This document shows positions 11,937 through 21,340 of a stretch of 64,000 nucleotides of DNA, in pieces. Source of the DNA: an uncultured Candidatus Rokubacteria bacterium. Lineage in GTDB: Bacteria > Methylomirabilota > Methylomirabilia > Rokubacteriales > DASRDR01. The stretch's first letter is position 1. The number at the start of each line of letters is the position of its first letter. The translations under genes and the position numbers were made by a program. Where the stretch lies: NCBI GenBank assembly GCA_963708025.1, contig CAVPSB010000044.1, positions 32,001 to 96,000 on the forward strand. Reading direction: 5' to 3'. Under the pieces are notes generated by a model. That model made no database searches. It was given only the letters and a program-made list of their open reading frames with translations, and was not told where the DNA came from.

Positions 11937-13730
11937 CTAATCGTCGTCGTCGTCCTCGTACCTGTCCCGGTCCCTCCGCCCCTTCCCGCGGCCTCGATGG
12001 AGCTCCGGGTCCTCCACCGCCACGGCGAGGTCGGCCGCCAGCTCCTTGAGCGACAGCCCGATGCGCCGCTCGTTCGGGTCCACGCGGATCACCTTGAGCG
12101 TCAGCTCGTCGTTGACCTGCACGACGTCCTCGGGCCGGTTGATCGGGCGGTGCGACATCTGGGAGATGTGCAACAACCCGTCGACCCCAGGCTCCAGCTC
12201 CACGAAGGCGCCGAACTCGGCGAGGCGGACCACCTTGCCCTTGACGTTGGCGCCCAGGGGGTACTTGGCGACCGCGGTCTCCCAGGGATCGGGCTGGATC
12301 TGCTTGAGGCCGAGCGAGATCCGCTTGGCGTCCTTGTCGACGTGGAGGATCACGGTCTCGAGCGCCTGGCCCTTCTTGACGACTTCCGAGGGATGGGTCA
12401 CGTTCCGGGCCCACGTCATGTCGGAGATGTGGAGCAACCCGTCGATGCCCGGCTCCAGCTCCACGAACGCGCCGAAGTCGGTGAGGTTGCGGACCTTGCC
12501 CTGGACGCGGACGCCCGGCTGGTAGCGGGTGTCGATCGTGTCCCACGGGTCCGGCTCGACCTGCTTCATGCCCAGCGAGATGCGCTTCTGGCCCTTGTTG
12601 ACGTCGAGAACCTGCACCTCCACGTCGTCGCCCACGTTCACCAGCTTGGAGGGGTGGCGCACGCGGCGGGTCCACGACATCTCGGAGACGTGGACCAGTC
12701 CCTCGACCCCCTTCTCCAGCTCGACGAAGGCGCCGTAGTTGGTGAGGCTGACGATCTTGCCCTGGTGGCGGCTGCCGGGCGCGAAGCGCTCCTCGACCGT
12801 CTCCCACGGGTCCGCGCCCTTCTGCTTGAAGCCGAGCGAGACCCGGCCCGTCTCCCGGTCGAAGTGGAGGACCATCACCTCGATCTTGTCGCCGACCTGG
12901 ACCAGCTCCGAGGGGTGGCTGATCCGGCCCCACGACATGTCGGTGATGTGGAGCAGGCCGTCGATCCCGCCGAGGTCGATGAAGGCGCCGTACTCGGTGA
13001 TGTTCTTGACCACGCCGGTCAGGACCATGCCCTCGTGGAGGACGGAGAGCGTGTGCTTCCGCTTCTCCTCCCGCTCCTCCTCGAGGACCACCCGGCGGGA
13101 GAGCACCACGTTACCGCGACGCCGGTTCAGCTTGATGACCCGCGCCCGGATCTGCTGGCCCATCATGGTCGCCAGATTCTTGACGGGCCGGAGGTCGACC
13201 TGGGAGCCGGGCAGGAAGGCCTTCACGCCCACGTCCACGGCCAGGCCGCCCTTCACCACCTCGATGACCTTGCCCTCGACCGGGCTGCCCTTCTCGTAGG
13301 CCCGGGTGATGACGTCCCACACCTTGATCTTGTCGGCCTTCTCCTTGGACAGGACGATGAGGCCCTCGGAGTCCTCCTTCATCTCCAGGTAGACCTCGAT
13401 CTCCTCGCCAACCTTGGGGACGATGCCCGTCCGCTGGAACTCTTCCAGCGGGATCGTGCCCTCGCTCTTGTAGCCGACGTCGACGAGGACGTCGGCGTCG
13501 TTCACGGCCACGATCCGGCCGCGGACGACCTCGCCCTCCTCGAGATCCTGCAGGCTCTGGCGATAGAGGTCCTCGAGCTCGTCCTGACCGGCTCCCGCCG
13601 GAGGGATTCCGCTCGCCTGCTCGCCCGGAGCCTCCCGTCCCGCGCCCACCTCCTTCCGGGAAATTCCGGACCCGGCGCCCCCGCGGGGATAGCTCTCGTG
13701 GCGCTCGGGGTAGTGTTCGTGCTGTTCCAT
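11937..13730 (-). CDS. rpsA: 30S ribosomal protein S1
   Basis: Six S1 domains (DVGYKSEG, AFLPGSQVD, YGAFIDLGGIDGLLHITDMSW, GLVHVSEMSW, RRIGLSLK). Confidence 0.98.
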   Translation of the reverse strand: MEQHEHYPERHESYPRGGAGSGISRKEVGAGREAPGEQASGIPPAGAGQDELEDLYRQSLQDLEEGEVVRGRIVAVNDADVLVDVGYKSEGTIPLEEFQRTGIVPKVGEEIEVYLEMKEDSEGLIVLSKEKADKIKVWDVITRAYEKGSPVEGKVIEVVKGGLAVDVGVKAFLPGSQVDLRPVKNLATMMGQQIRARVIKLNRRRGNVVLSRRVVLEEEREEKRKHTLSVLHEGMVLTGVVKNITEYGAFIDLGGIDGLLHITDMSWGRISHPSELVQVGDKIEVMVLHFDRETGRVSLGFKQKGADPWETVEERFAPGSRHQGKIVSLTNYGAFVELEKGVEGLVHVSEMSWTRRVRHPSKLVNVGDDVEVQVLDVNKGQKRISLGMKQVEPDPWDTIDTRYQPGVRVQGKVRNLTDFGAFVELEPGIDGLLHISDMTWARNVTHPSEVVKKGQALETVILHVDKDAKRISLGLKQIQPDPWETAVAKYPLGANVKGKVVRLAEFGAFVELEPGVDGLLHISQMSHRPINRPEDVVQVNDELTLKVIRVDPNERRIGLSLKELAADLAVAVEDPELHRGRGKGRRDRDRYEDDDDD

Positions 13731-13747
13731 ATCCTGCTTTCCTCCCG

Positions 13748-14440
13748 TTAGTGAATTTGGCCCACGGGCAACGGCCCCCGGGCCGTCCTCTCCGCGTGCT
13801 GTGTTGTCGTCGGTCCCGTGGGACTCGACGAGGAGGCCTGCTCGGCCTCGGCCTTCAGGCGGCCAATCGCCGCCATGATCTGGTCGCTGATCTCCTGGTA
13901 CCGGTGCCGGCCGCGCCCGCGCTCGAAGCGGAGCGGCGGACCGTACCGGACCGTCACGCAGGCCCGCTGGGGTCGGCTCGCGCCGCGCGGCAAGGCGTGC
14001 CCCGTCCCCTGGACGTAGACCGGGACCACCGGCGCTTCGGACAGCGCGGCCAGCATCCCGGCTCCCGGCCGCCCCGGCTGGAGCTGGCCCTCCGTTCCCC
14101 GCGTCCCCTCCGGGAACACGAGGAGCGCCTTCTCCTCCCGCAACAAGAGTAACGCATGACGGAGCGCGGCGGCGTCCGCACCGTCCCGCTCCACCGGGTG
14201 GGCATTCAGATGGCTGATCAGCCAGCCCAGGAACGGGACCCGGAACAGCTCGGCCTTCGCCATGAAGTGGATCGGCCGAGGGGCGGCGGAGCCCACGACC
14301 GGGGGGTCGAGCGCGCTCACGTGGTTGGCGGCCAGCAGGAGCCGGCCCTCCAGCGGGACGTTCTCGCGGCCGACCGCGCGGAAGCCGAAGAGGAGCCTGA
14401 GCACGGCGTAGGTCAAGGGCCTCAGGATCCGGTAGAGCAT
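13748..14440 (-). CDS. plsC: 1-acyl-sn-glycerol-3-phosphate acyltransferase
   Basis: ANHVSALDP (HX4D), FMAKAELF, FPEGTR, PVVPV. Confidence 0.93.
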   Translation of the reverse strand: MLYRILRPLTYAVLRLLFGFRAVGRENVPLEGRLLLAANHVSALDPPVVGSAAPRPIHFMAKAELFRVPFLGWLISHLNAHPVERDGADAAALRHALLLLREEKALLVFPEGTRGTEGQLQPGRPGAGMLAALSEAPVVPVYVQGTGHALPRGASRPQRACVTVRYGPPLRFERGRGRHRYQEISDQIMAAIGRLKAEAEQASSSSPTGPTTTQHAERTARGPLPVGQIH

Positions 14441-15084
14441 ATCCGCTCGACTTCCTTGACCATCAGCTCGATCACCTCGTCAACGCTCATGCCGCTCGAG
14501 TCGATGTAGATGGCGTCCTCGATGCGCCGGAGTGGCGCCACCGCCCGGGTCCGGTCTGCGAGGTCGCGCGCGGCGAGCGCCTCCCGGACCGCCTCCAGCC
14601 CGGTCGTCTCGCCCCGGGCCTGGCGGTCCGCCAGCCGGCGGCTGGCCCGGACGTCGAGCGAGGCGTCCAGGTAAAACTTGCAGTCGGCCGCGGGAAAGAC
14701 CACGGTGCCGGCGTCCCGACCCTCCACGACGACCGGGCCGGCGGCGGCCAGGCGGCGCTGGAGGGCGTCGGCGAAGGCCCGGACGTCCGGGCGCTGGGAG
14801 AGGGCCGAGGTGAGCCCGCTCATCTGGGGAGCGCGGAGCGCCTCGGTCACATCCTCGCCGTTGACGAGGACCCGCTGCTGCTCGGGCCGGCCCTGGAGTT
14901 CGATCTCGGTGGCCGCCAGGGCGGTCTCCACCGGGACGCCGGCGGAGACCCGCCAGGCGATCGCCCGGTAAATCGCGCCGCTGGGGACGAACCGATAGCC
15001 CAGCCGCTCCGCGAGCCGCCGGGCCACGGTGCTCTTCCCCGCCCCGGCCGGGCCGTCGATGGTCACCACCGGGTGGCCGGTCAT
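14422..15084 (-). CDS. cmk: Cytidylate kinase
   Basis: TIDGPAGAGKST, VVEGRDAGTVVFP, KFYLDAS, APL. Start placed at ATG 15084. Confidence 0.96.
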   Translation of the reverse strand: MTGHPVVTIDGPAGAGKSTVARRLAERLGYRFVPSGAIYRAIAWRVSAGVPVETALAATEIELQGRPEQQRVLVNGEDVTEALRAPQMSGLTSALSQRPDVRAFADALQRRLAAAGPVVVEGRDAGTVVFPAADCKFYLDASLDVRASRRLADRQARGETTGLEAVREALAARDLADRTRAVAPLRRIEDAIYIDSSGMSVDEVIELMVKEVERICSTGS

Positions 15085-15140
15085 TCGGGTCCACCCCCAC
15101 CCCCGACCCCTCCCCACCCTCCGGGGGGAGGGGGGGCGGC
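15085..15140. repeat. Repeat family 2 (C-rich/G-rich CCCCTCCCC...GGGGAGGGG hairpin)
   Basis: CCCCTCCCCACCCTCCGGGGGGAGGGGGGG resembles units at 21060, 23995, 24120, 32720 and 53911. Confidence 0.8.
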
Positions 15141-15196
15141 CAGCAGCCCCGACGCGGCGCGAGGCCGGCAGAGCGTTGGGGTTGACATGCTGTGTC

Positions 15197-16513
15197 TCAC
15201 TCGGTCACCTCGATGCAGTCCGGGCCCGCTAGCGACCGGCAGGTCGAGATGAAGTCGGGGTAGGAGGTCTGGATGCACTCGATCCCCTCGACCAGCGTCG
15301 TCCCCTCCGCACCGAGCCCGGCGACGATGAGCGCCATCGCCAGCCGGTGATCCCCCCAGCTCGAGACGTGGGCGCCCCGGAGCGGGCCGCCTCCCGTCCC
15401 CTCGATCCGGAACCCGTCCGGCCGCTCCTCGATCCGCACGCCGAGCTTCGCGAGCTCGGTGACCAGGGCGCGAATCCGGTCCGACTCCTTCACGCGGAGC
15501 TCGGCGGCATCGCGCAGCTCGGTCACGCCCGCCGCGCGTGCCGCCGCCACGGCGAGGATCGGCAGCTCGTCGATCGCGCGGGGCACGACGCTCCCGCCGA
15601 TGGCCGTCCCCCGGAGCGGGCCGGGCCGGACCGTCAGGTCCCCTCGCGGCTCGCCGTCGTCGCCGGTCGGCGCGATCCGGAGGTCCGCTCCCATCGCCTC
15701 GAGGAGGTCGAGGGCGCCGGTGCGCGTCGGGTTGAGCCCGGCGCCCTCCACGGTCACCTGGCCCTCTCCGGCGAGGGCGGCGGCGACGAGGAAGAACGCG
15801 GCCGACGAGATGTCGCCCGGAACCCGGACCAGCCGGCCGGTCAGCGGACGGCCCGGCGTCAGCGTGACGGTCCGGTCCTCCACCGCGAGATCCGCGCCGA
15901 ACGCCGCCAGCATGCGCTCGGTGTGATCGCGGCTCCGCGCGGACTCGACCACCGAGACCGGCCCCGACGCCCAGAGCCCGGCGAGGAGGATCGCCGACTT
16001 GACCTGGGCGCTGGCGACCGGCGCCTGGTGGCGGATCGGCGCGAGCGGCCGCGCCCCGGCGATCACCAGCGGCAGGCGGCGACCGCCGCTCCGGCCCAGC
16101 ACGCGGGCGCCCATCCGGCCGAGCGGCTCCACCACGCGGTCCATCGGTCGCCGCCGCAGGGAGTCGTCGCCGGTGAGCGTCGCCGCGAAGGGCTGGCCGG
16201 CCAGGAGTCCGAGGAGCAGGCGCGCACTCGTCCCGGAGTTCCCGCAGTCGATCACGCTCTCGGGCTCGGTCAGCCCCTCGAGCCCCGCGCCCTGGATCAC
16301 GTAGTGCCCCGGCGCCTTGCGCGTGACCTCGACGCCGAGGGCCGCCACGGCGGCCAGCGTGCGCAAGCAGTCCTCGCCCTCCAGCAGCCCGTGGATCTCG
16401 GTGACGCCGGTCGCCACCGCCCCGAAGAGCGCGGCGCGGTGCGAGATGGACTTGTCGCCCGGCACGACGACGATCCCCCCCAGACGGCGAACGGCTCGGA
16501 CCCGCGCGTTCAC
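15197..16513 (-). CDS. aroA: 3-phosphoshikimate 1-carboxyvinyltransferase (EPSP synthase)
   Basis: PGDKSISHRA, DCGNSGT, SAQVKSA, SRDHTERML, PGDISSAAF, ELRVKESDRI, GDHRLAM. GTG start at 16513. Confidence 0.98.
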   Translation of the reverse strand: MNARVRAVRRLGGIVVVPGDKSISHRAALFGAVATGVTEIHGLLEGEDCLRTLAAVAALGVEVTRKAPGHYVIQGAGLEGLTEPESVIDCGNSGTSARLLLGLLAGQPFAATLTGDDSLRRRPMDRVVEPLGRMGARVLGRSGGRRLPLVIAGARPLAPIRHQAPVASAQVKSAILLAGLWASGPVSVVESARSRDHTERMLAAFGADLAVEDRTVTLTPGRPLTGRLVRVPGDISSAAFFLVAAALAGEGQVTVEGAGLNPTRTGALDLLEAMGADLRIAPTGDDGEPRGDLTVRPGPLRGTAIGGSVVPRAIDELPILAVAAARAAGVTELRDAAELRVKESDRIRALVTELAKLGVRIEERPDGFRIEGTGGGPLRGAHVSSWGDHRLAMALIVAGLGAEGTTLVEGIECIQTSYPDFISTCRSLAGPDCIEVTE

Positions 16514-17358
16514 TGGAGCTTCTCCCGCCGCTCGCGCGCTCGCCCCAGCGCCGATTCGAGCGCCTCCCACTCCCCGTCCCTGATGAGCGCGGCCCAGCGG
16601 TCCAGCACCGCCCGGTAGTCGCCGAAGGCGGCGAGCAGGGCCGCCCGGTTCTCGCGGAAGATGTCCGTCCAGAGCGTCTCCGCGGACCCCGCGATGCGCG
16701 TCGTGTCCTGGAATCCAGCCGCGGCCAGCGGCAGGGCGTCCTCGTCGGCCGCCGCCACCAACCCGTAGGCCGCGAGGTGTGGCAGGTGGCTGATGGCCGC
16801 CACGCCGCGGTCGTGGGCCTCGGGCGAGAGCTGGCGGACCTGGCTCCCGAGCGCCTCCCAGAACGCGGTGACGCGCGCAAGGGCGGGCCCGGGGGTGCGC
16901 GGCGTCGGCGTCACCAGCGCCAGCCGATCCTCGAACAGGTCGGCCTGTGAGGCCTCGAAACCCGAGCGCTCGGAGCCCGCCATGGGATGGCTCCCGACGA
17001 AGGCGCCGGATCCCGGCGGACAGGCCTCGGCCGCCGCCACGATCGGGCCCTTCACGCTCCCGACGTCGGTCAGCACGGCGCCGGCGGCCAGGTGAGGCCA
17101 GGCGCCTCGCACGAGCCCGGGCAGCGTCCCGACCGGAGTGCACAGCACCACGAGATCCGCGCCTCGCACCCCGGCCGCCAGGTCGTGGGTGGTCGTATCG
17201 ACGACGCCGGCGGCCCGGGCGCGCCCGAGGACCGACGCCGTCCGCCCGACCCCGACGATCTCCCGGGCCACCCGCCGGGCACGGGCGGCCCGGGCCACCG
17301 AGCCTCCGAGGAGGCCGAGGCCGACGACGGTCAAGCGCGAGAGTGACGGCTCGGTCAA
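16510..17358 (-). CDS. tyrA: Prephenate/arogenate dehydrogenase
   Basis: VGLGLLGGS, TDVGSVK, SHPMAGSE, HDRGVAAISHLPH, FQDTTRIA. Confidence 0.94.
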   Translation of the reverse strand: MTEPSLSRLTVVGLGLLGGSVARAARARRVAREIVGVGRTASVLGRARAAGVVDTTTHDLAAGVRGADLVVLCTPVGTLPGLVRGAWPHLAAGAVLTDVGSVKGPIVAAAEACPPGSGAFVGSHPMAGSERSGFEASQADLFEDRLALVTPTPRTPGPALARVTAFWEALGSQVRQLSPEAHDRGVAAISHLPHLAAYGLVAAADEDALPLAAAGFQDTTRIAGSAETLWTDIFRENRAALLAAFGDYRAVLDRWAALIRDGEWEALESALGRARERREKLQ

Positions 17359-18464
17359 CCGGCCTTCTTTCCCAGCACGGTCTGGAGTGCCTGGATGAGC
17401 CGCGCGTTCTCCTCCGGCGTGCCGATGGTGATGCGCAGCGCGCGCTCCAGCCCGAAGCTGGCCATGGGCCGCACGATCACCCCCTGCCGCAGGAGCCGCT
17501 TGTAGACGCCCGGGGCGTCGGCCATCTCGACCAGGATGAAGTTCGCCCGCGTCGGCACGTACTTGATCCCCATCGCGTCGAACGCCCGGTAGAGGGTCGC
17601 GATCCCTTCCTGGATCATCGCCACCGTCTGCCGGGCGTGGGTGTCGTCCTCCAGGGCGGCCAGGGCGGCGACCTGCGCGATCGTGTTGACGTTGAACGGC
17701 TGGCGGATGCGGTTCAGCAACCCGATGCAGTCGGGATCGGCGACGGCGTAGCCGACCCGCAGCCCGGCCAGGCTGGCCACCTTGGAGAACGTCCGGAGGA
17801 TGATGACCCGGCGCCCCTGGCGAAGGGCGGCCAAGCTGTCCGGGAAGTCGGGCCCCTGCGCGAACTCGACGTAGGCCTCGTCGAAGACGACGATGACGCG
17901 CTCCGGCACCTCGGCCAGGAAGCGGTCCACCTCCTCGGCCGTCACGATGGTGCCGGTCGGGTTGTTGGGGTTGGCGACGAAGACGAGCTTGGTCAGCGGC
18001 GTGATCGCCCGCGCCATCGTGGGGAGATCGAGCCGGTGGTCCTTGAGCGTGACCACCACCCGGATGCCGCCCACGCTCTGGACGATGGACGGGTAGACGA
18101 CGAAGGAGGGGTGGGGAAACACCACCTCCTCCCGCTGCCGCACGAAGGTCCGGGCGATCAGCTCCAATAGCTCGTTGGAGCCGTTGCCCAGCACGATGGC
18201 GTCCGGGGAGACCCCGTGGCGCTTCGCCAGCGCGTGGCGGAGGTAATGGCCGGAGCCATCCGGATAGCGGTTCAGCCCGCCCAGCACCTGGCGGATGGCC
18301 CGGAGCACGCCGTCCGAGGGGGGCAGCGGGTTCTCGTTCGAGGCCAGCTTGATGACGCCGGCGATCTCCAGCTCGCGCTGCACTTCCTCGATGGGCTTGC
18401 CGGGCTCGTAGGGCGCGATGTCGAGGATCGGCTCGTTGGCAAGACGCTCCCAGGACGTGCTCAT
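17355..18464 (-). CDS. hisC: Histidinol-phosphate/aromatic aminotransferase
   Basis: YEPGKP, KLASNENP, GNGSNE, ANPNNPTG, DEAYVEF, RTFSK, GLRVGY. Confidence 0.95.
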   Translation of the reverse strand: MSTSWERLANEPILDIAPYEPGKPIEEVQRELEIAGVIKLASNENPLPPSDGVLRAIRQVLGGLNRYPDGSGHYLRHALAKRHGVSPDAIVLGNGSNELLELIARTFVRQREEVVFPHPSFVVYPSIVQSVGGIRVVVTLKDHRLDLPTMARAITPLTKLVFVANPNNPTGTIVTAEEVDRFLAEVPERVIVVFDEAYVEFAQGPDFPDSLAALRQGRRVIILRTFSKVASLAGLRVGYAVADPDCIGLLNRIRQPFNVNTIAQVAALAALEDDTHARQTVAMIQEGIATLYRAFDAMGIKYVPTRANFILVEMADAPGVYKRLLRQGVIVRPMASFGLERALRITIGTPEENARLIQALQTVLGKKAG

Positions 18465-18475
18465 CTTGGCCTCTT

Positions 18476-19540
18476 TCAGCCCGCGACGGGGTAGGAGCCG
18501 AGGACCTTGAGGAACAGACAGCGCTCCCGCAGCGCGGCCAGCACGTCTTGCGCGGCGGCGTCAGCCTGGTGCCCCTGAAAGTCGACGAAGAACACGTACT
18601 CCCACGGTCGCCGCCGGGTCGGGCGGGACTCGATCTTGGTCAGGCTGACGCTGGCCGCGGCGAGCGGCTCCAGGATCCGATAGAGGGCGCCGACCTCGTC
18701 CTTGATGCTGAGCAGGATGGAGGTCTTGTCGCGTCCGGTCCGGCCGACCGGGCGGCGCCCGATCACCAGGAACCGGGTGACGTTCTGGGCGAGGTCCTCG
18801 ATGCGGTCGCGCAGGACCGGGAGCTGGTAGATCTCCCCGGCCAGCTCGCTCGAGATGGCCGCCACCGTCGGGTCCTCGACCGCCCGCTCGGCGGCCAGCG
18901 CGGTGGACGGCACCTCCACCGCCGGGGCGTGCGGGAGGTGCCGGTCGAGCCACTCGCGACACTGCGCCAGCGCCTGGGGATGGGAGAGGACCTGCTTGAC
19001 CTCGGCCAGATCCTGGGCCCGGGAGAGGAGATAGTGGTGGATCTCGAGCTGGATCTCCCCGCAGATCAGGAGCTCGGAGTCGATCAGTCGATCCAGGGTG
19101 TGGTTGACGGCGCCCTCGGTGGAGTTCTCCACCGGCACCACGCCGACGTCGGCCCGCTCGTGCTCGACCTCGGTGAAGACGTCGTGGATCGTGCGGAGCG
19201 GTGTGTACTCGGCCCGTCCCCCGAACTGCCGGAGCGCCGCCAGGTGCGTGAAGGTGGCCGGCGGACCGAGGTGGGCGACGCGGAACGGGCCCTCGAGCCC
19301 GCGCGCCGCCGAGAAGATCTCCCGCCAGATGGCGCGGACGGCCTCGGCGGGCAGCGGGCCCTCGTTCAGGCGGAGGAGGCGATCGAGAATCGCATGCTCG
19401 CGCTCGGGGACGAAGACGGGCGCCCCCGTCTCCCGCTTGGCCTGACCGACCTCGAGGGCGAGCGCGGCTCGCTTGTTGAGGAGCCCGAGGAGTTGCCGGT
19501 CGATGTCATCGATCCTGCCCCGCCATTCCGCCAGACCCAT
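18476..19540 (-). CDS. pheA: Bifunctional chorismate mutase/prephenate dehydratase (P-protein)
   Basis: N-terminal AroQ domain; VVPVENSTEG, SHPQALAQC, NVTRFLVIG, ACT domain TKIESRP. Confidence 0.96.
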   Translation of the reverse strand: MGLAEWRGRIDDIDRQLLGLLNKRAALALEVGQAKRETGAPVFVPEREHAILDRLLRLNEGPLPAEAVRAIWREIFSAARGLEGPFRVAHLGPPATFTHLAALRQFGGRAEYTPLRTIHDVFTEVEHERADVGVVPVENSTEGAVNHTLDRLIDSELLICGEIQLEIHHYLLSRAQDLAEVKQVLSHPQALAQCREWLDRHLPHAPAVEVPSTALAAERAVEDPTVAAISSELAGEIYQLPVLRDRIEDLAQNVTRFLVIGRRPVGRTGRDKTSILLSIKDEVGALYRILEPLAAASVSLTKIESRPTRRRPWEYVFFVDFQGHQADAAAQDVLAALRERCLFLKVLGSYPVAG

Positions 19541-19576
19541 ACACGCTCCAGAGAACGGTCGCACAAAAGCCCACCT

Positions 19577-19605
19577 AGTATAGTGAAGGGGGTCGGGAGG
19601 CGCAA
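19577..19605 (-). promoter_or_regulatory. Putative sigma70 promoter for the pheA...rpsA cluster
   Basis: Minus strand TTGCGC-N17-TATACT. Confidence 0.7.
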
Positions 19606-19643
19606 GCGCGCTTCCGCCGGGCCCTGGCGGGGCCGGCGGCGCC

Positions 19644-20393
19644 TCAGGGGCGGGCGTGCCGGGCGTCCGCCGGCGCCGATTCCCCGCGGAGCGCGGCGAC
19701 CTCGCGGGGCGTCAGCTCGCGCCACCCGCCCGGGGTGAGGCGGCCCAGGCGGAGCGGTCCGTAGGCCACCCGCACGAGCCGGCGCACCCGAAGACCCACC
19801 GCGCGGCAGAGCCGCTTGACCTCGCGGTAGCGGCCTTCGGTGAGGGTCAGGGCCAGCCGGGTCTTCCCGGCCTCGGGCTCCAGCCGGCGCACCTCCTGCG
19901 CCCGCGCCGGCCCATCCTCCAGCAGCACGCCGCGCTCGAGCTGGCCGATGACCGCCGCGTCGACGTGCCCGTTGACGGAGACATGATAGACCCGCGGGAC
20001 GGCGTGGCGCGGATGCGTCAGGCGATAGGTCAGGGCGCCGTCGTTCGTGAGGAGCAGGAGGCCTTCCGCGTCGTAATCCAGCCGGCCCACCGAGTGGAGC
20101 CGTGCGCCGACGTCGGGCAGGAGGTCGAAGACGCGGGCCCGGCCCCGCGGGTCCTCGCGCGTCGTCAGGTACCCGGCCGGCTTGTGCAACAGCACGTAGC
20201 GCTTGGGCTCCGGCCGACGGATCTCCTCGCCGTCGACGCTGATCCGGTCGCGATCGGGATCGGCCCGGGCGCCCAGCTCGATGACCGGGTGCCCGTTCAC
20301 CGAGACGCGGCCGGTCTCGATCAGGCGCTCGGCCCCCCGGCGGGAGGCGATGCCGGCCTCCGCCAGGAGCTTCTGGAGGCGCACCGCCGCCAC
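19644..20393 (-). CDS. rluB: RsuA/RluB-family pseudouridine synthase
   Basis: S4 domain RLQKLLAEAGIASRR, HKPAGY, GRLDYDAEGLLLLTNDG. Follows scpAB. Confidence 0.9.
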   Translation of the reverse strand: MAAVRLQKLLAEAGIASRRGAERLIETGRVSVNGHPVIELGARADPDRDRISVDGEEIRRPEPKRYVLLHKPAGYLTTREDPRGRARVFDLLPDVGARLHSVGRLDYDAEGLLLLTNDGALTYRLTHPRHAVPRVYHVSVNGHVDAAVIGQLERGVLLEDGPARAQEVRRLEPEAGKTRLALTLTEGRYREVKRLCRAVGLRVRRLVRVAYGPLRLGRLTPGGWRELTPREVAALRGESAPADARHARP

Positions 20394-20396
20394 CGG

Positions 20397-21038
20397 TCAG
20401 AGCCGGGGGAGGACCGCCCCCTCGTCGGCGGGCCGAGCCTGCTCCTCGTCGGCGGGCGTCTCGACCGGGACCTCGGCGGCTTCCCCCGCTGCCGCCTCCG
20501 GCGCCGGGGCCTCGACCGCGGCCGGCGGGGCCGGGATGTCGAACGGCGGCAACTCGGCGAGGTCCCGCAGGCCGAAATGCTCGAGGAAGTCCCGGGTCGT
20601 GCCGTAGAGGATCGGGCGCCCCGGGGTCTCCCTTCGCCCGACCACGCGGACGAGCCGGCGCTCGAGGAGATGCGTCACCACCGCATCGGCGCTCACCCCG
20701 CGGAGCTGCTCGATCTCCGGCCGCGAGATCGGCTGGCGATAGGCCACGATCGCGAGGGTCTCCAGCGCGGCGCGGGAGAGGCGGCTCTTGAGGCGGAGAC
20801 GTTGGAGGCGGAGCAGCACCGGGGCCAGCTCGGGTCGGGTAACGAGACGGTAGCCGCCCCCCACCTCTACCACCGTCAGGCCCCGGCCCGCCGTCTCGCA
20901 GGCCACGCGCAGCGTGTCGAGCGCGGCGCGCACCTCGTCAGGCGCCAGGTCGAGCACCTCACCGATCCGCGCCAGCTCGAGTGGGGCGTCGGAGGCGAAC
21001 AGGAGCGCCTCGAGGGCGGCCTGGATCTCAGGGGTCAT
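20397..21038 (-). CDS. scpB: SMC-Scp complex subunit ScpB
   Basis: LEALLFAS, LSRAALETLAIVAYRQPISR, IEQLRGV, GRPILYGTTRDFLEHFGL. SD GGAGGT precedes ATG 21038. Confidence 0.96.
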   Translation of the reverse strand: MTPEIQAALEALLFASDAPLELARIGEVLDLAPDEVRAALDTLRVACETAGRGLTVVEVGGGYRLVTRPELAPVLLRLQRLRLKSRLSRAALETLAIVAYRQPISRPEIEQLRGVSADAVVTHLLERRLVRVVGRRETPGRPILYGTTRDFLEHFGLRDLAELPPFDIPAPPAAVEAPAPEAAAGEAAEVPVETPADEEQARPADEGAVLPRL

Positions 21039-21322
21039 TCGAAACCTCCCGCCCACCCCCCAGCCCCCCTCCCCCACCCACCGGGGGGAGGGGGGGGCCG
21101 GAGGACTCGCTTGTTTCACGCGCTCTCGAATCGCGACCTCTCACTGATTCGAAACCTCCCGCCCACCCCCCAGCCCCCCTCCCCCACCCACCGGGGGGAG
21201 GGGGGGGCCGGAGGACTCGCTTGTTTCACGCGCTCTCGAATCGCGACCTCTCACTGATTCGAAACCTCCCGCCCACCCCCCAGCCCCCCTCCCCCACCCA
21301 CCGGGGGGAGGGGGGGGCCGGA
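21037..21322. repeat. Tandem array with a 110-bp period (2.6 units) built from family-2 hairpins
   Basis: ATTCGAAACCTCCCGCCCACCCCCCAG... begins at 21037, 21147 and 21257 with apparently identical sequence. Confidence 0.96.
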
Positions 21323-21340
21323 AGCGGGGCGTCGGTTGCT

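Noticed and set aside
21037..21322. CRISPR array
   Set aside because: The intervening segments are identical rather than unique spacers, the unit is too long, and there are no cas genes. It is a tandem duplication.
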